Shown here in pieces: positions 1 through 10,313 of a DNA stretch of 50,060 nt; position 1 is the stretch's first letter, and each line of letters begins with the position of its first letter. The notes under the pieces were generated by a model that worked only from the letters and a program-made list of their open reading frames with translations, did no database searches and was not told the origin of the DNA. Origin of the DNA: an uncultured Methylophilaceae bacterium (GTDB taxonomy: Bacteria > Pseudomonadota > Gammaproteobacteria > Burkholderiales > Methylophilaceae); NCBI GenBank assembly GCA_903909015.1, contig CAIVUE010000133.1, positions 1-50,060 on the forward strand, in the 5' to 3' direction. A program made the translations under genes and the position numbers.

Positions 1-272
<272 letters not shown>

Positions 273-306
273 TTACTTTCCCTCAGGTGATATATCAATA
301 ATCGTC

Positions 307-1953
307 TTAGACATTCAATACAAATCTTGTAGTAATAGGATAACGTCTATCCTTACCAAATCCTCTTTGAGTAATGCGAACGCCAATTGGTGACTGACGT
401 CGTTTATATTCATTTCTATCAATCAGTGATGTTACACGATTCACATCTTGCTCTCTATATCCCATATCTATAATATCAGCACGGCTTGCATCATGCTCAA
501 CATAGGCCTCCATTATTCCATCAAGAATAGAATAGGCAGGCAGGCTATCCTGATCTTTTTGATCATGTCTTAACTCTGCCGTTGGTGGACGAAGAATAAT
601 GCGTTCAGGGATGACGGGTGATAGCGAGTTTCGATAAGTTGAGAGTTGATAAACCATTGTTTTTGGGACATCCTTAAGCAATGCAAAACCACCAGCCATA
701 TCTCCATAAAGTGTTGAATAACCGACCGCCATCTCGCTTTTATTGCCTGTTGTTAATACGATACTCCCAAACTTATTAGACAATGCCATAAGGAGCATGC
801 CACGAATACGCGCTTGTAAATTTTCTTCTGTTGTGTCAAATGGCAAGCCCAAAAACTCATCCGCAAGCGTTTCTCTGAATAGATTAAAAAGAGCATTGAT
901 TGGCATCTCGCTGTAATGAACGTTTAATGTTTTTGCCATTAAATGCGCATCACTAACACTAATATCCGCAGTAAACTCCGATGGCATCATAACAACACGA
1001 ACTTGAGCGGCGCCTAGCGCGTCAACAGCTATCGCCAAAGTAAGCGCAGAATCAATTCCTCCTGAAAGCCCTAGAACGACACCTTTAAAATTGTTCTTAC
1101 TCACATAGTCTTTTAAGCCAAGTTTTAAAGCTTGATATATCGAAGCCTGCAGGGAGAGTAAAGGAGAGATTTTCGCCAAATTAGGATTTGCTTTATTATT
1201 TTTAGCGCAATCGATATCAACTAATGCTAAAGCTTCCTCGAATGCAGGCAATTGCTGAACAACATCTCCAGAACGATCCAATACAAAAGAAGCCCCATCA
1301 AAAACAAGTTCATCTTGACCACCGACTAAATTTGCATAAACAACAGCTAAGCCAGTTTCCAAAACACGTTGACGCACGATTTCATGACGACTATCTTGTT
1401 TTTCAATATGGAATGGGGATGCATTGAGCACTAACAAAATCTCAGCCCCAGCTTGCTTTGCTAATCTAGCAGGACTTGATTCCCATACATCAGCACAGAT
1501 CAAGACCCCGCACTTCACTCCATGATGCTCAAAAACTAAAGGTGTTGTACCTGGCTTAAAATAGCGTAATTCATCAAAGACAGTATGGTTAGGTAATGCA
1601 TGCTTGTGATAAGTAAAAATAACTTTTCCATCCTGAATCACCGAGGCAGCGTTATAACAAGACCCTTCGTAAACTCTTGGATGACCGACCAGAAGTGTGA
1701 TCCCTTGAGTTTTCTTAGCCAACTCAAGTAAAGCATTTTCACTCGCATGATTAAAGTCATCACGCAATAATAAATCTTCAGGGGGATAGCCAGTTAAGGC
1801 AAGTTCAGGAGTAATGAGAAGTGATGCCCCGTCTTCTCTAGCTTTTGAAGCCGCGGCCAAGATTTTAATACTATTACCTGCAATATCCCCTACAGTACAA
1901 TTGATTTGGGCAATTGCTAAGCGAATGGACTGACTAATAGTTTCCACCTGCAT
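307..1953 (-). CDS. nadE: Glutamine-dependent NAD+ synthetase
   Basis: N-terminal nitrilase-like domain (PELALTGYPPEDLL, KHALPNHTVFDELRYF, ICADVW) plus synthetase domain (GLSGGIDS, ENLQARIRG, TTGNKSEMAVGYSTLYGD, NEYKRRQSP). Confidence 0.97.
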   Translation of the reverse strand: MQVETISQSIRLAIAQINCTVGDIAGNSIKILAAASKAREDGASLLITPELALTGYPPEDLLLRDDFNHASENALLELAKKTQGITLLVGHPRVYEGSCYNAASVIQDGKVIFTYHKHALPNHTVFDELRYFKPGTTPLVFEHHGVKCGVLICADVWESSPARLAKQAGAEILLVLNASPFHIEKQDSRHEIVRQRVLETGLAVVYANLVGGQDELVFDGASFVLDRSGDVVQQLPAFEEALALVDIDCAKNNKANPNLAKISPLLSLQASIYQALKLGLKDYVSKNNFKGVVLGLSGGIDSALTLAIAVDALGAAQVRVVMMPSEFTADISVSDAHLMAKTLNVHYSEMPINALFNLFRETLADEFLGLPFDTTEENLQARIRGMLLMALSNKFGSIVLTTGNKSEMAVGYSTLYGDMAGGFALLKDVPKTMVYQLSTYRNSLSPVIPERIILRPPTAELRHDQKDQDSLPAYSILDGIMEAYVEHDASRADIIDMGYREQDVNRVTSLIDRNEYKRRQSPIGVRITQRGFGKDRRYPITTRFVLNV

Positions 1954-2914
1954 CTTTAATCATTTTAACAATCTCAGAATTCTTACCTTTTAATGCATAG
2001 ACTAAAGCGGTAAGCCCATATTGATCTTTAGTTTTAACATTCGCACCATTTTTAATCAATAAATCAACCATCGGTGCATCCCTATTAAGAACGGCATTTT
2101 GCAAAAGCGGAGTCCCTTCATCATCTTTATGATTTACATCGGCCCCTTTAGATATTAAGAATTTCGCAGCTTCGAGATGTTTCTTTCTCACAGCCCAAGT
2201 AAGAGCTGTCCATTTTGACTTGTCTTGATCATCTATATTGGCGCCTGAGCCAATAAGCGTTTCAATTGCCGAAACATTACCCTCACGTGCCGCATACATT
2301 AACGCATTTACTTTTAAACGATCACGATCGGCTACCAAAGCACCATGTGTCAGCAACACTTTTATTGTTGGCACATCTCCATTCTTGGCGGCATACATCA
2401 ATACACTTTTGCCATCATCACTTTTAGTATTAACGTCCATACCATGTTCAATTAACATACTCACCATCTCTGCATAACCAGATGTTGCAGCCATTCCCAA
2501 AGCGCTCCAACCCGAAACATCTCGAAGCGTTGGATCTGCAGCATTGTTAAGCAAAACCTCAGCTGTTTTTAGGTGATTTTTACGTGAAGCCAACATTAAA
2601 GCTGTCCAACCACCGTTATCCTTGGCGTTAATATCAGCGCCATTTTCGAGCAACGCTTTTACAACTTCTGATTGATCTTTGCGTGCGGCGTACATCAATG
2701 CTGTTACACCATCAGCATCTCGCACATTTGGATTTGTGCCACCATTAAGCATCGCCCGGACTGTTGCAAGATCACCCTTAGCAGAGACTGTTAAGAGATA
2801 AGGTATGTTTTCTTCTGCCATTAAAACAGGCGGTAAAAGAAAACTACCGATCAACGCTACTAATAATTGAAGAATAACCAAATAGCTTAAGCTCTTTAAA
2901 AAGTTAAAATTCAT
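1934..2914 (-). CDS. Exported or membrane-anchored ankyrin-repeat protein (about 9 repeats)
   Basis: Hydrophobic N-terminus followed by 33-aa repeats of the type G.TALM.AA..G....V..LL..GAD.N.KD. Confidence 0.92.
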   Translation of the reverse strand: MNFNFLKSLSYLVILQLLVALIGSFLLPPVLMAEENIPYLLTVSAKGDLATVRAMLNGGTNPNVRDADGVTALMYAARKDQSEVVKALLENGADINAKDNGGWTALMLASRKNHLKTAEVLLNNAADPTLRDVSGWSALGMAATSGYAEMVSMLIEHGMDVNTKSDDGKSVLMYAAKNGDVPTIKVLLTHGALVADRDRLKVNALMYAAREGNVSAIETLIGSGANIDDQDKSKWTALTWAVRKKHLEAAKFLISKGADVNHKDDEGTPLLQNAVLNRDAPMVDLLIKNGANVKTKDQYGLTALVYALKGKNSEIVKMIKDAGGNY

Positions 2915-3798
2915 TAATTTTGTTTTTTTGCACTAATTGCAGCTAAAACTGCTTCACCAAGACCCGCGGGAGAACTTGCTACAATCACCCCAGCTTTTTC
3001 TAAAGCCGAAATCTTATCTTCAGCCTTACCGCTTCCACCAGAAATAATAGCGCCGGCATGTCCCATACGTTTACCTTTTGGAGCTGTTTGCCCTGCAATA
3101 TATCCAGCAACCGGTTTAGTCACATAATGCTTAATATAATCAGCAGCAGCCTCTTCATCCGCCCCACCAATTTCACCAACCATAATAATAGCTTCAGTTT
3201 CAGGATCAGCCTGAAACATTTCTAAGCAGTCAATAAAGCCAAGACCACGAATAGGATCTCCACCAATACCGACACAAGTTGATTGCCCAAGACCTAAAAT
3301 AGTGGTTTGGTTCACAGCCTCATAAGTTAATGTACCAGAGCGTGAAACAATACCAACTTTACCGCGCAAGTGAATACTGCCAGGCATAATGCCGATTTTG
3401 CATTCATCAGGCGTAATGACCCCAGGGCAGTTTGGACCGATGAGCTTTACGTTATTAGCTTTAAGCGCTGCCTTTACATTAAGCATATCTAATACTGGAA
3501 TACCTTCAGTAATACAGACAATCAAACTAACACCCGCATCACATGCTTCTAAAATAGAGTCTGCAGCAAATGGTGGTGGCACATAAATCACTGAGGCATC
3601 AGCCCCTGTTTGGTTCACCGCATCTCGCATAGTATTAAATACTGGCAATCCCAAATGGACTTGGCCACCCTTACCTGGTGTAACACCACCCACCATTTTT
3701 GTACCATAAGCTAATGCTTGCTCTGAATGAAATGTCCCTTGTTTACCGGTGAACCCCTGGCATAAAACTTTTGTATTTTTATTTACTAATATACTCAT
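2914..3798 (-). CDS. sucD: Succinyl-CoA synthetase alpha subunit
   Basis: [30 protein letters not shown], phosphohistidine motif KRMGHAGA. Confidence 0.97.
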   Translation of the reverse strand: MSILVNKNTKVLCQGFTGKQGTFHSEQALAYGTKMVGGVTPGKGGQVHLGLPVFNTMRDAVNQTGADASVIYVPPPFAADSILEACDAGVSLIVCITEGIPVLDMLNVKAALKANNVKLIGPNCPGVITPDECKIGIMPGSIHLRGKVGIVSRSGTLTYEAVNQTTILGLGQSTCVGIGGDPIRGLGFIDCLEMFQADPETEAIIMVGEIGGADEEAAADYIKHYVTKPVAGYIAGQTAPKGKRMGHAGAIISGGSGKAEDKISALEKAGVIVASSPAGLGEAVLAAISAKKQN

Positions 3799-3806
3799 TT
3801 AAAACC

Positions 3807-4970
3807 TTATACGCTAACAGCCGCAACCGCTTGTTTGGCTGCATCAGTTAACCCTGCAGCAGAAATAATTGAAAGCCCACTTTCACTTAACATTTTGCGA
3901 CCCAACTCGACATTGGTACCCTCTAAACGCACAACGACTGGAATAGTAATACCCACATCTTTTACCGCCGCAATAATGCCTTCTGCAATGATGTCACAGC
4001 GCATTATTCCACCAAAAATATTAACTAAAATTGCTTTAACATTCTTGTCTGCCAAGATGATTTTGAACGCCTTTGCTACTGTTTCAGCTGTTGCCCCACC
4101 GCCAACATCCAAAAAGTTAGCTGGAGCGCCACCATGTAGCTTAATTAAATCCATTGTAGCCATCGCCAAACCTGCACCATTAACCATACAGCCAATATTG
4201 CCGTTCAGAGTAATATAGTTAAGGCCTGCATGATGAGCCTCGGCTTCTTTTTCATCATCCTGGCTCCAATCACGCTGTTCAGCCAATGATTTCTGACGAT
4301 ATAAAGCATTGTCATCAACACTCATTTTGCAATCTAAGGCGAAAATTTTTCCATCTGTTGTCACGACAAGTGGATTGATTTCAAGCAATGCCAGATCATT
4401 CTCTTTAAATAATTTGTACAATCCTTTTGCTAGCTTGGTAAATGCCGCAATTTGATCTCCTACCAAATTCAATGCAAATGCCAAATTACGTGCCTGGTAA
4501 TCTACCAAACCATTTAATGGGTCACAAACCTCTTGCAGAATTCTTTCTGGAGCAGTCGAAGCGATTTCTTCAATATCCATACCACCATCGCTTGATGCAA
4601 CCATTACAACACGTTCCAAAGTACGATCAACCAAGATTGACAAATAAAGCTCGCGTGCTATTGGTAAAGTCTGTTCAATCAAAAGCTGATGGACCGGCTG
4701 ACCTTCAGGGGCGTTTTGATAAGTCACTAAATGCTTACCTAAAAGTCCATAGGCGACAGACTGAGCTTCACTAGAGGTTTTCACAATCTTTACACCACCA
4801 GCTTTGCCTCTGCCTCCCGCATGAACCTGAGCCTTAACAACCCATGCACTCCCAGGAATTTCTTTAGTCGCTGATGCTGCAGCCTCTGCTGATTGCACAA
4901 CTTGTCCGATTGGCACAGCTAGGCCATAGCGTTGAAGTAATTGTTTAGCCTGAAATTCATGCAAATTCAT
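3807..4970 (-). CDS. sucC: Succinyl-CoA synthetase beta subunit
   Basis: [57 protein letters not shown]. Confidence 0.97.
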   Translation of the reverse strand: MNLHEFQAKQLLQRYGLAVPIGQVVQSAEAAASATKEIPGSAWVVKAQVHAGGRGKAGGVKIVKTSSEAQSVAYGLLGKHLVTYQNAPEGQPVHQLLIEQTLPIARELYLSILVDRTLERVVMVASSDGGMDIEEIASTAPERILQEVCDPLNGLVDYQARNLAFALNLVGDQIAAFTKLAKGLYKLFKENDLALLEINPLVVTTDGKIFALDCKMSVDDNALYRQKSLAEQRDWSQDDEKEAEAHHAGLNYITLNGNIGCMVNGAGLAMATMDLIKLHGGAPANFLDVGGGATAETVAKAFKIILADKNVKAILVNIFGGIMRCDIIAEGIIAAVKDVGITIPVVVRLEGTNVELGRKMLSESGLSIISAAGLTDAAKQAVAAVSV

Positions 4971-5115
4971 GTTGATATTTTATGGTTTAGCGTAAAGTGA
5001 CATTCTCCCGCAAATTGTCTCCAGACACCAGCCCAGTTGCGATTAATACCTTGATAAATATCCAGCTTTACCGATGTATAATATGTGACTTTTTAATTTT
5101 TCTTCAAAAGTCCAT

Positions 5116-5964
5116 ATGCGCTTAGTCGTTCAAAGTCGGTCTATCCAATTAGCAGATCTAATTCAGATTCATCAATTGAGTGATGCAAAACCAGGCTCAC
5201 AATTTATTCAAATCGCAGAGCACGCTTACTATTTACCTCACCAAGATTCTATCTCTGATGCAGTTAAAAATTTTTGTAGTAGCCGGGAAATTGATTGTGC
5301 TTATGTACAAGAAAAACAAACTCTCAAGAATATCAAACTTGTAGTAATGGATATGGACTCCACTCTCATCAATATTGAATGTATCGATGAAATTGCAGAT
5401 ATGATGAACATCAAGCCACAAGTAGCAGAAATTACCGAAAGTGCGATGCGTGGTGAAATTGAATTTAAAGAAAGTTTAATTCGACGCGTTGCTCTTTTGA
5501 ATGGATTAGATGCATCAGCCCTTCAAGAAGTAATTGACCAAAGACTTAAACTCAATCCTGGCGCACAAATTTGGATAGATGCATGTAAAGCCAATGGGAT
5601 TAAAACTCTTCTAGTTTCTGGTGGATTTGAATTTTTTGCGAATCATGTTAAAACAAAGCTAGGACTGGACTATGCGGAATCAAATACTCTAGAAATTCAG
5701 AACGGAAAACTCACTGGAAAAATACTTGGTGACATTGTTGATGGTCAAGCAAAAGCGAACTTTCTAATACAAAAACGAGAATTCTTAGGCTTAAAACCAG
5801 ATCAAGTTATTGCAATTGGGGACGGCGCAAACGATTTAATCATGATGCGTGAAGCAGCTGCAGGGATTGCCTACCATGCCAAGCCTATAGTCCAAGCCCA
5901 AGCCAGCTATGCGCTAAACCATGTTGGACTAGATGGCATTGTGAATTTATTCACTACTATTTAA
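5116..5964 (+). CDS. serB: Phosphoserine phosphatase
   Basis: HAD motifs DMDSTLINIECIDE, LVSGGF, AIGDGANDL. Confidence 0.95.
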   Translation: MRLVVQSRSIQLADLIQIHQLSDAKPGSQFIQIAEHAYYLPHQDSISDAVKNFCSSREIDCAYVQEKQTLKNIKLVVMDMDSTLINIECIDEIADMMNIKPQVAEITESAMRGEIEFKESLIRRVALLNGLDASALQEVIDQRLKLNPGAQIWIDACKANGIKTLLVSGGFEFFANHVKTKLGLDYAESNTLEIQNGKLTGKILGDIVDGQAKANFLIQKREFLGLKPDQVIAIGDGANDLIMMREAAAGIAYHAKPIVQAQASYALNHVGLDGIVNLFTTI

Positions 5965-5997
5965 TTAAACACTTTTATCTAAACTTAAGGATTAAAC

Positions 5998-6567
5998 ATG
6001 ACGTTTAAAAAACTATTGATCTCATGCGCTTTAGCTTCATTACTTGCTTCAAGCATTAATGCATTTTCTCAACCTACCGTTGAAATCAAAACTAACAAAG
6101 GTGTAATTTTTGTTGAGTTAAATCAGGAAAAAGCCCCCAATACCGTAGCAAATTTTCTTCAGTACTCAAAAGATGGCTTTTACTCTGGGACGATTTTCCA
6201 CCGAGTCATTTCTGGATTTATGATCCAAGGCGGCGGAATGGACAAAAACCTTAGTGAAAAAACCACACGTGCACCGATTAAAAACGAAGCCGACAATGGG
6301 CTAGCCAACACAATAGGCACTATCGCGATGGCACGTACTAATGATCCACATTCAGCATCATCACAATTCTTTATTAACGTGGCTAACAATGCTTTTTTAA
6401 ACTATACAGAAAAATCCGAACGCGGCTGGGGTTATGCCGTATTTGGCAAGGTAGTAAAAGGTATGGATGTCGTTGAAAAGATCTCTCATCTTCCTACCGA
6501 TGGCGGCGATGTGCCAATACAAACCGTAACCATTGAGTCGGTTAACGTGATTACCCCAACTAAATAA
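5998..6567 (+). CDS. ppiA: Periplasmic cyclophilin-type peptidyl-prolyl isomerase
   Basis: Signal peptide; [40 protein letters not shown]. Confidence 0.92.
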   Translation: MTFKKLLISCALASLLASSINAFSQPTVEIKTNKGVIFVELNQEKAPNTVANFLQYSKDGFYSGTIFHRVISGFMIQGGGMDKNLSEKTTRAPIKNEADNGLANTIGTIAMARTNDPHSASSQFFINVANNAFLNYTEKSERGWGYAVFGKVVKGMDVVEKISHLPTDGGDVPIQTVTIESVNVITPTK

Positions 6568-6583
6568 TACTTAGGGTTGATCA

Positions 6584-6617
6584 TAGAAAAAGGCCTTCAG
6601 TTGAAGGCCTTTTTCTA
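6584..6617. terminator. Bidirectional intrinsic terminator
   Basis: Inverted repeat TAGAAAAAGGCCTTCA-GT-TGAAGGCCTTTTTCTA between converging ppiA and the SMP-30-like gene, with A/T tails on both sides. Confidence 0.9.
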
Positions 6618-6629
6618 ATCCAAAATTGC

Positions 6630-7496
6630 TTAATGAATCGGTAAATAAACTAACTCGCCTGCTTTCATATCTGGCACTAATAGGAATTTTCCGTCTAAGC
6701 TAGGTGCAATATCTGCTGCTGCCGCGAAGCCATCTTTAATCAGATCAGCATTAGCAACCGCTCCTTTTTCTAATTTAACGCTAAACACTTTTCCGTTTTT
6801 CCAATCACTAACATAGAAATGGTCTTTTTTACCTTTTACAAGACCGTCACCGCCACCGAAGCCATTTGCAACTTCAATAAGCTCGTTTTTCTTCATATCT
6901 AAACGATATAAAATACCAGAAACAAAATCAACGACCATAATGCAATTTTGTGTTTTACCCATTAATAATCCGTTGGGCGCTAATATACGTGGATCTTGTT
7001 TGCCATTGATAATGTTTGTGACTTTACCCTTTGGATTAATTTTATAAATTGCACCACCTAGCCCTTTTAAATCTCCACTATCACTCACAAAAATATTGCC
7101 AGCCGAATCAGACTCTAGGTCATTTAAAAATTGAGGCTGCTCAGGAAAGGCTTCTGCCGCCGCGAACACTGAAACTTTACCATCTAGACTGATTTTCATG
7201 ACACGGTGATTGTCAGCCACATATAAATCATTACCTACGATTGCTAAGCCTTTAGGGTCATCCAAGCCTTTTGCAAATACCTTCAGTTCGCCATTTTTAT
7301 CAATTACGGCAATTTGACCATCACCATCTTTACCAAATTCACCAATTTCAGAAACAAAGATACGGCCATCTTTTGCAGCTATTGCTGATTCAGGCATTTT
7401 TAGCCCTGTAATTTTTTTTATTTCGTGTGCTTGAGCATTGATTGATGCTACTAAAACAAAACTAACTAAAGTTGCTAATATCCTAGATATGCGCAT
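6630..7496 (-). CDS. Secreted SMP-30/gluconolactonase-like six-bladed beta-propeller protein
   Basis: Signal peptide ending AQA; blade motifs PES, PKGL, FLNDL, PNGL, GDGL, AADI carry the typical E/N/N/D divalent-metal ligands. Confidence 0.8.
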   Translation of the reverse strand: MRISRILATLVSFVLVASINAQAHEIKKITGLKMPESAIAAKDGRIFVSEIGEFGKDGDGQIAVIDKNGELKVFAKGLDDPKGLAIVGNDLYVADNHRVMKISLDGKVSVFAAAEAFPEQPQFLNDLESDSAGNIFVSDSGDLKGLGGAIYKINPKGKVTNIINGKQDPRILAPNGLLMGKTQNCIMVVDFVSGILYRLDMKKNELIEVANGFGGGDGLVKGKKDHFYVSDWKNGKVFSVKLEKGAVANADLIKDGFAAAADIAPSLDGKFLLVPDMKAGELVYLPIH

Positions 7497-7504
7497 AAAA
7501 CTTC

Positions 7505-8083
7505 CTATTGAAATGACATGAATTGAATTTTTGGCTCAGGTAACAAACTAACCGTTGCACATGGAGATGAGAATGATGAAGCAATAAGAGCATCTTGAAA
7601 CTTACTATCTGCTTTCATCTGCGCAGAAATACTTTGCATTGCCCCATGATATACCTCATTCAGACTTAGCTCGGTTTTAACATCAAAAAAAGCGCGCTTT
7701 GAGATCTCACCAACATAATTAGCTAAAGGTTTACCGTCGGCGGTATAAGCCACAGCATTCACTTTGCCATAGAACGTTTGCATTTGTGGGTTATAAAACA
7801 TTCGTGGTCGAAGCCAGACAATAACCTTAGCCTCTTTAGGTTGAGAGTCACACATATCGACACCAGCATAATTATCACCCAAAACTTTTGTTGCTGCCTT
7901 CTCTAACATTGGACCTTGGCTATACCAATAATCTTGGGAGTAATGACTTAATCGAATCTGGTGGTTATATTCTTGGGCTTGAATATAAACGGCAATATTT
8001 GTTGGAGTGATTTCGTGCGCTAATACTACATTCCTAAAGCTTAAGAGAATAACCGTTGATACGAATAATTTTAATTTCAACAT
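7505..8083 (-). CDS. Hypothetical secreted protein
   Basis: 192-aa ORF, co-directional and closely spaced with neighbours; signal-like N-terminus ending VLA; two Cys; no family recognised. Confidence 0.75.
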   Translation of the reverse strand: MLKLKLFVSTVILLSFRNVVLAHEITPTNIAVYIQAQEYNHQIRLSHYSQDYWYSQGPMLEKAATKVLGDNYAGVDMCDSQPKEAKVIVWLRPRMFYNPQMQTFYGKVNAVAYTADGKPLANYVGEISKRAFFDVKTELSLNEVYHGAMQSISAQMKADSKFQDALIASSFSSPCATVSLLPEPKIQFMSFQ

Positions 8084-8116
8084 AATGATGGCAACAAAAC
8101 TTTCTAAAAATAAAAC

Positions 8117-9379
8117 TTAAGTCAACACATCAGACCAAATGTTTTTGGCCCATGCTTGCGCATAATTACCTTCAAGCTCTGATGGTTTTTCAGACACCCC
8201 ACCACCTTCGGCAGAAACCATAATTTTCTTATTAGGATCATAACGATAAACATTCGCAACGTGCATCGCCATCTTATCCGAAACATAGCTATAACATGTA
8301 TTTGCGAATACTGGCGCTGAATCTGGCAATTGGTTGCTCATCAATGCAACAATTGCATTGGCGCATACACGCGCTTGTGATGTTGCCATATGGGCAGATT
8401 TAGGCAACGCAGCAGATACAGAGTCGCCAATAATATGTACGTTAGGTACGGTTTTTGATTCGTAGGTTAAAAAGTCCACCTCACACCATCGCTTATCCAC
8501 ATTAGCAACACCAGCGATTTGAGCAATTTTTCCTGCTCGTTGCGGCGGAATAACATTCAGCACATCAGCCTTAATAGACTCAAATTCCGTTTTTACAATT
8601 TTGGCAGTAACATCAACATCAACCACCGTGCTATTTGGACGGTAATCAATTATTCCTGCATACATCTCAGCCCAGACTTTAGTGAATAAGCCTTTTTTGG
8701 AAATAATTTCAGCGTTACCATCAAGCACAATAATTTTAGCTTTAGGCTTTTGATTTTTTAGGTAAAACGCTACTTGGCAAACACGCTCATAAGGCCCTGG
8801 TGGGCAACGATAAGGGGCTTTAGGAATGCTTATTACAAACACCCCTCCATCTTTCATGCTTTCAAGCTGTTGGCGTAAGTTCACCGTTTGCGCACCAGCT
8901 TTCCAGGCGTGAGGGACTACCAATTGAGCTTCACTACTTTGCAACATAGGCAGTTGCTCATACATAAAATCAATACCAGGCGCAATAACTAACCTGTCGT
9001 AAGCAATCTCACCCTGCTTCATTTTAACCAGTCGCGTTGCGGAATCTATGGCTAGCACTTCATCACTCACCCAGTGTATGCCATGATTGCTTTTCAGCAG
9101 GTCGTATCCGAAAGTAAGGTCATTAATGTTTCTATTACCTCCCAACACTAAATTACTTAATGGGCACGAAACAAACTGGCTGCGGGGCTCAACCACAGTC
9201 ACGTCCAAGCCACCATTACTCCAAGTGCGTAAATATTTCGCTGCTGTTGCCCCTGCATAACCTCCACCTATGACCACGACACGCCCCTTTGCTTGGGATG
9301 CCGCTTTCGAAAGCATAGGTAATGAAACCAGGGCAGTCGTGGCTGCAATTTTTAGAAAGTCACGTCTATCGATCGTCAT
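8117..9379 (-). CDS. fccB: Flavocytochrome c sulfide dehydrogenase, flavoprotein subunit
   Basis: Tat signal DRRDFLK (start moved to MTIDRR at 9379, 1 nt after the cytochrome stop); GGGYAG FAD motif; SCPLSN (FAD-attachment Cys); YRCPPGPYER and NTCYS (redox disulfide Cys pair). Confidence 0.9.
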   Translation of the reverse strand: MTIDRRDFLKIAATTALVSLPMLSKAASQAKGRVVVIGGGYAGATAAKYLRTWSNGGLDVTVVEPRSQFVSCPLSNLVLGGNRNINDLTFGYDLLKSNHGIHWVSDEVLAIDSATRLVKMKQGEIAYDRLVIAPGIDFMYEQLPMLQSSEAQLVVPHAWKAGAQTVNLRQQLESMKDGGVFVISIPKAPYRCPPGPYERVCQVAFYLKNQKPKAKIIVLDGNAEIISKKGLFTKVWAEMYAGIIDYRPNSTVVDVDVTAKIVKTEFESIKADVLNVIPPQRAGKIAQIAGVANVDKRWCEVDFLTYESKTVPNVHIIGDSVSAALPKSAHMATSQARVCANAIVALMSNQLPDSAPVFANTCYSYVSDKMAMHVANVYRYDPNKKIMVSAEGGGVSEKPSELEGNYAQAWAKNIWSDVLT

Positions 9380-9380
9380 G

Positions 9381-9761
9381 CTATTCAGCCAATCTCTCAC
9401 TTGGTGGATTTAACGCTGTGATACGTTTTTGCTGGGCAAAGTAAAATGCTAAATCATTAATCTCTTCAACAGTTAGGCCTTTGGCATGTCTATGCATCAC
9501 CGTTGAACTTCTACTACCGTTTCTAAATGACATCATTTGCAATACAAAATGCGAGGCATCTAAACCAGCAAGCACGGAGGTGCCGCCTACACTATTGCCG
9601 TGACTGCCGTGACAAGCGGCACAAGATGCCGCAAGCGTTTGAATATGTGGATTATCTATTGAATTTTCGTCTGCGAACACACTGACGCTAAACACAAAAA
9701 AACCCACAAACGCCAGTAAGCATTTGTGGGTTAATAGACTTAAGCTTAAATGAATCTTCAT
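9381..9761 (-). CDS. fccA: Monoheme class I cytochrome c, probable partner of the flavoprotein
   Basis: Signal peptide, single CAACH, axial Met in STVMHRHAKG; directly upstream of fccB. Confidence 0.85.
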   Translation of the reverse strand: MKIHLSLSLLTHKCLLAFVGFFVFSVSVFADENSIDNPHIQTLAASCAACHGSHGNSVGGTSVLAGLDASHFVLQMMSFRNGSRSSTVMHRHAKGLTVEEINDLAFYFAQQKRITALNPPSERLAE

Positions 9762-9802
9762 AGGATCCTATTGAAGCAATCAGCTAAATTTATAAGGTTT
9801 AA

Positions 9803-10285
9803 TTAAAAACACTTTTCTTCTTTACAGCCATCATCTTTAGCACCTAATGAAATCAGCAGCTTTTCCATTTTCTCATCACCTTTGTCATGGACAGCACGCA
9901 AAATAGAAACGCCACCACGTAATTTCAAATTAGGATCACCGCCCTTAGAAACTAAGTATTTTGTTACTTCTGCATAACCATCAAATGCTGCTAGATGCAA
10001 AGCAGACATTTTTGTTGCTGGATGAACGTAATTAAGGTCAGCACCCTTTTCAACCAAAAACTTTACAACACCCAGTTGGTTTTTATTTGCAGCGATTTGC
10101 AAAGCACTCCAAGCGAAATAAAGGTCGTTTACACCCACCCCTTCATCAAAGTACTTTTTAACAATTTTCAAATTACCTGAACTTAACGCTTCAGTAAACT
10201 CAACCTGTTGCTCTCCTTCGAGCGCAAAAGCTGCAACAGGTAAAAATAACATTGCCGCCACTAATAAAGCTTTAATCGTCTTCAT
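9803..10285 (-). CDS. Small periplasmic ankyrin-repeat protein
   Basis: Signal peptide ending AFA; 3-4 ankyrin repeats (WSALQIAANKNQLGVVKFLVEKGAD, MSALHLAAFDGYAEVTKYLVSKGGD); GGAGAG ribosome-binding site. Confidence 0.88.
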   Translation of the reverse strand: MKTIKALLVAAMLFLPVAAFALEGEQQVEFTEALSSGNLKIVKKYFDEGVGVNDLYFAWSALQIAANKNQLGVVKFLVEKGADLNYVHPATKMSALHLAAFDGYAEVTKYLVSKGGDPNLKLRGGVSILRAVHDKGDEKMEKLLISLGAKDDGCKEEKCF

Positions 10286-10313
10286 GTATTTCTCTCCAAC
10301 TAGATTATTTTAA

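Noticed and set aside
2914-4970. Malate thiokinase (mtkAB) instead of sucCD
   Set aside because: No serine-cycle genes (mcl, ppc, sga) adjacent, and the sequences resemble ordinary proteobacterial SucCD; only a phylogeny would exclude it fully.
8117-9379. Sulfide:quinone oxidoreductase call
   Set aside because: The Tat signal, adjacent cytochrome c and CPPGPYER/NTCYS motifs fit FccB.
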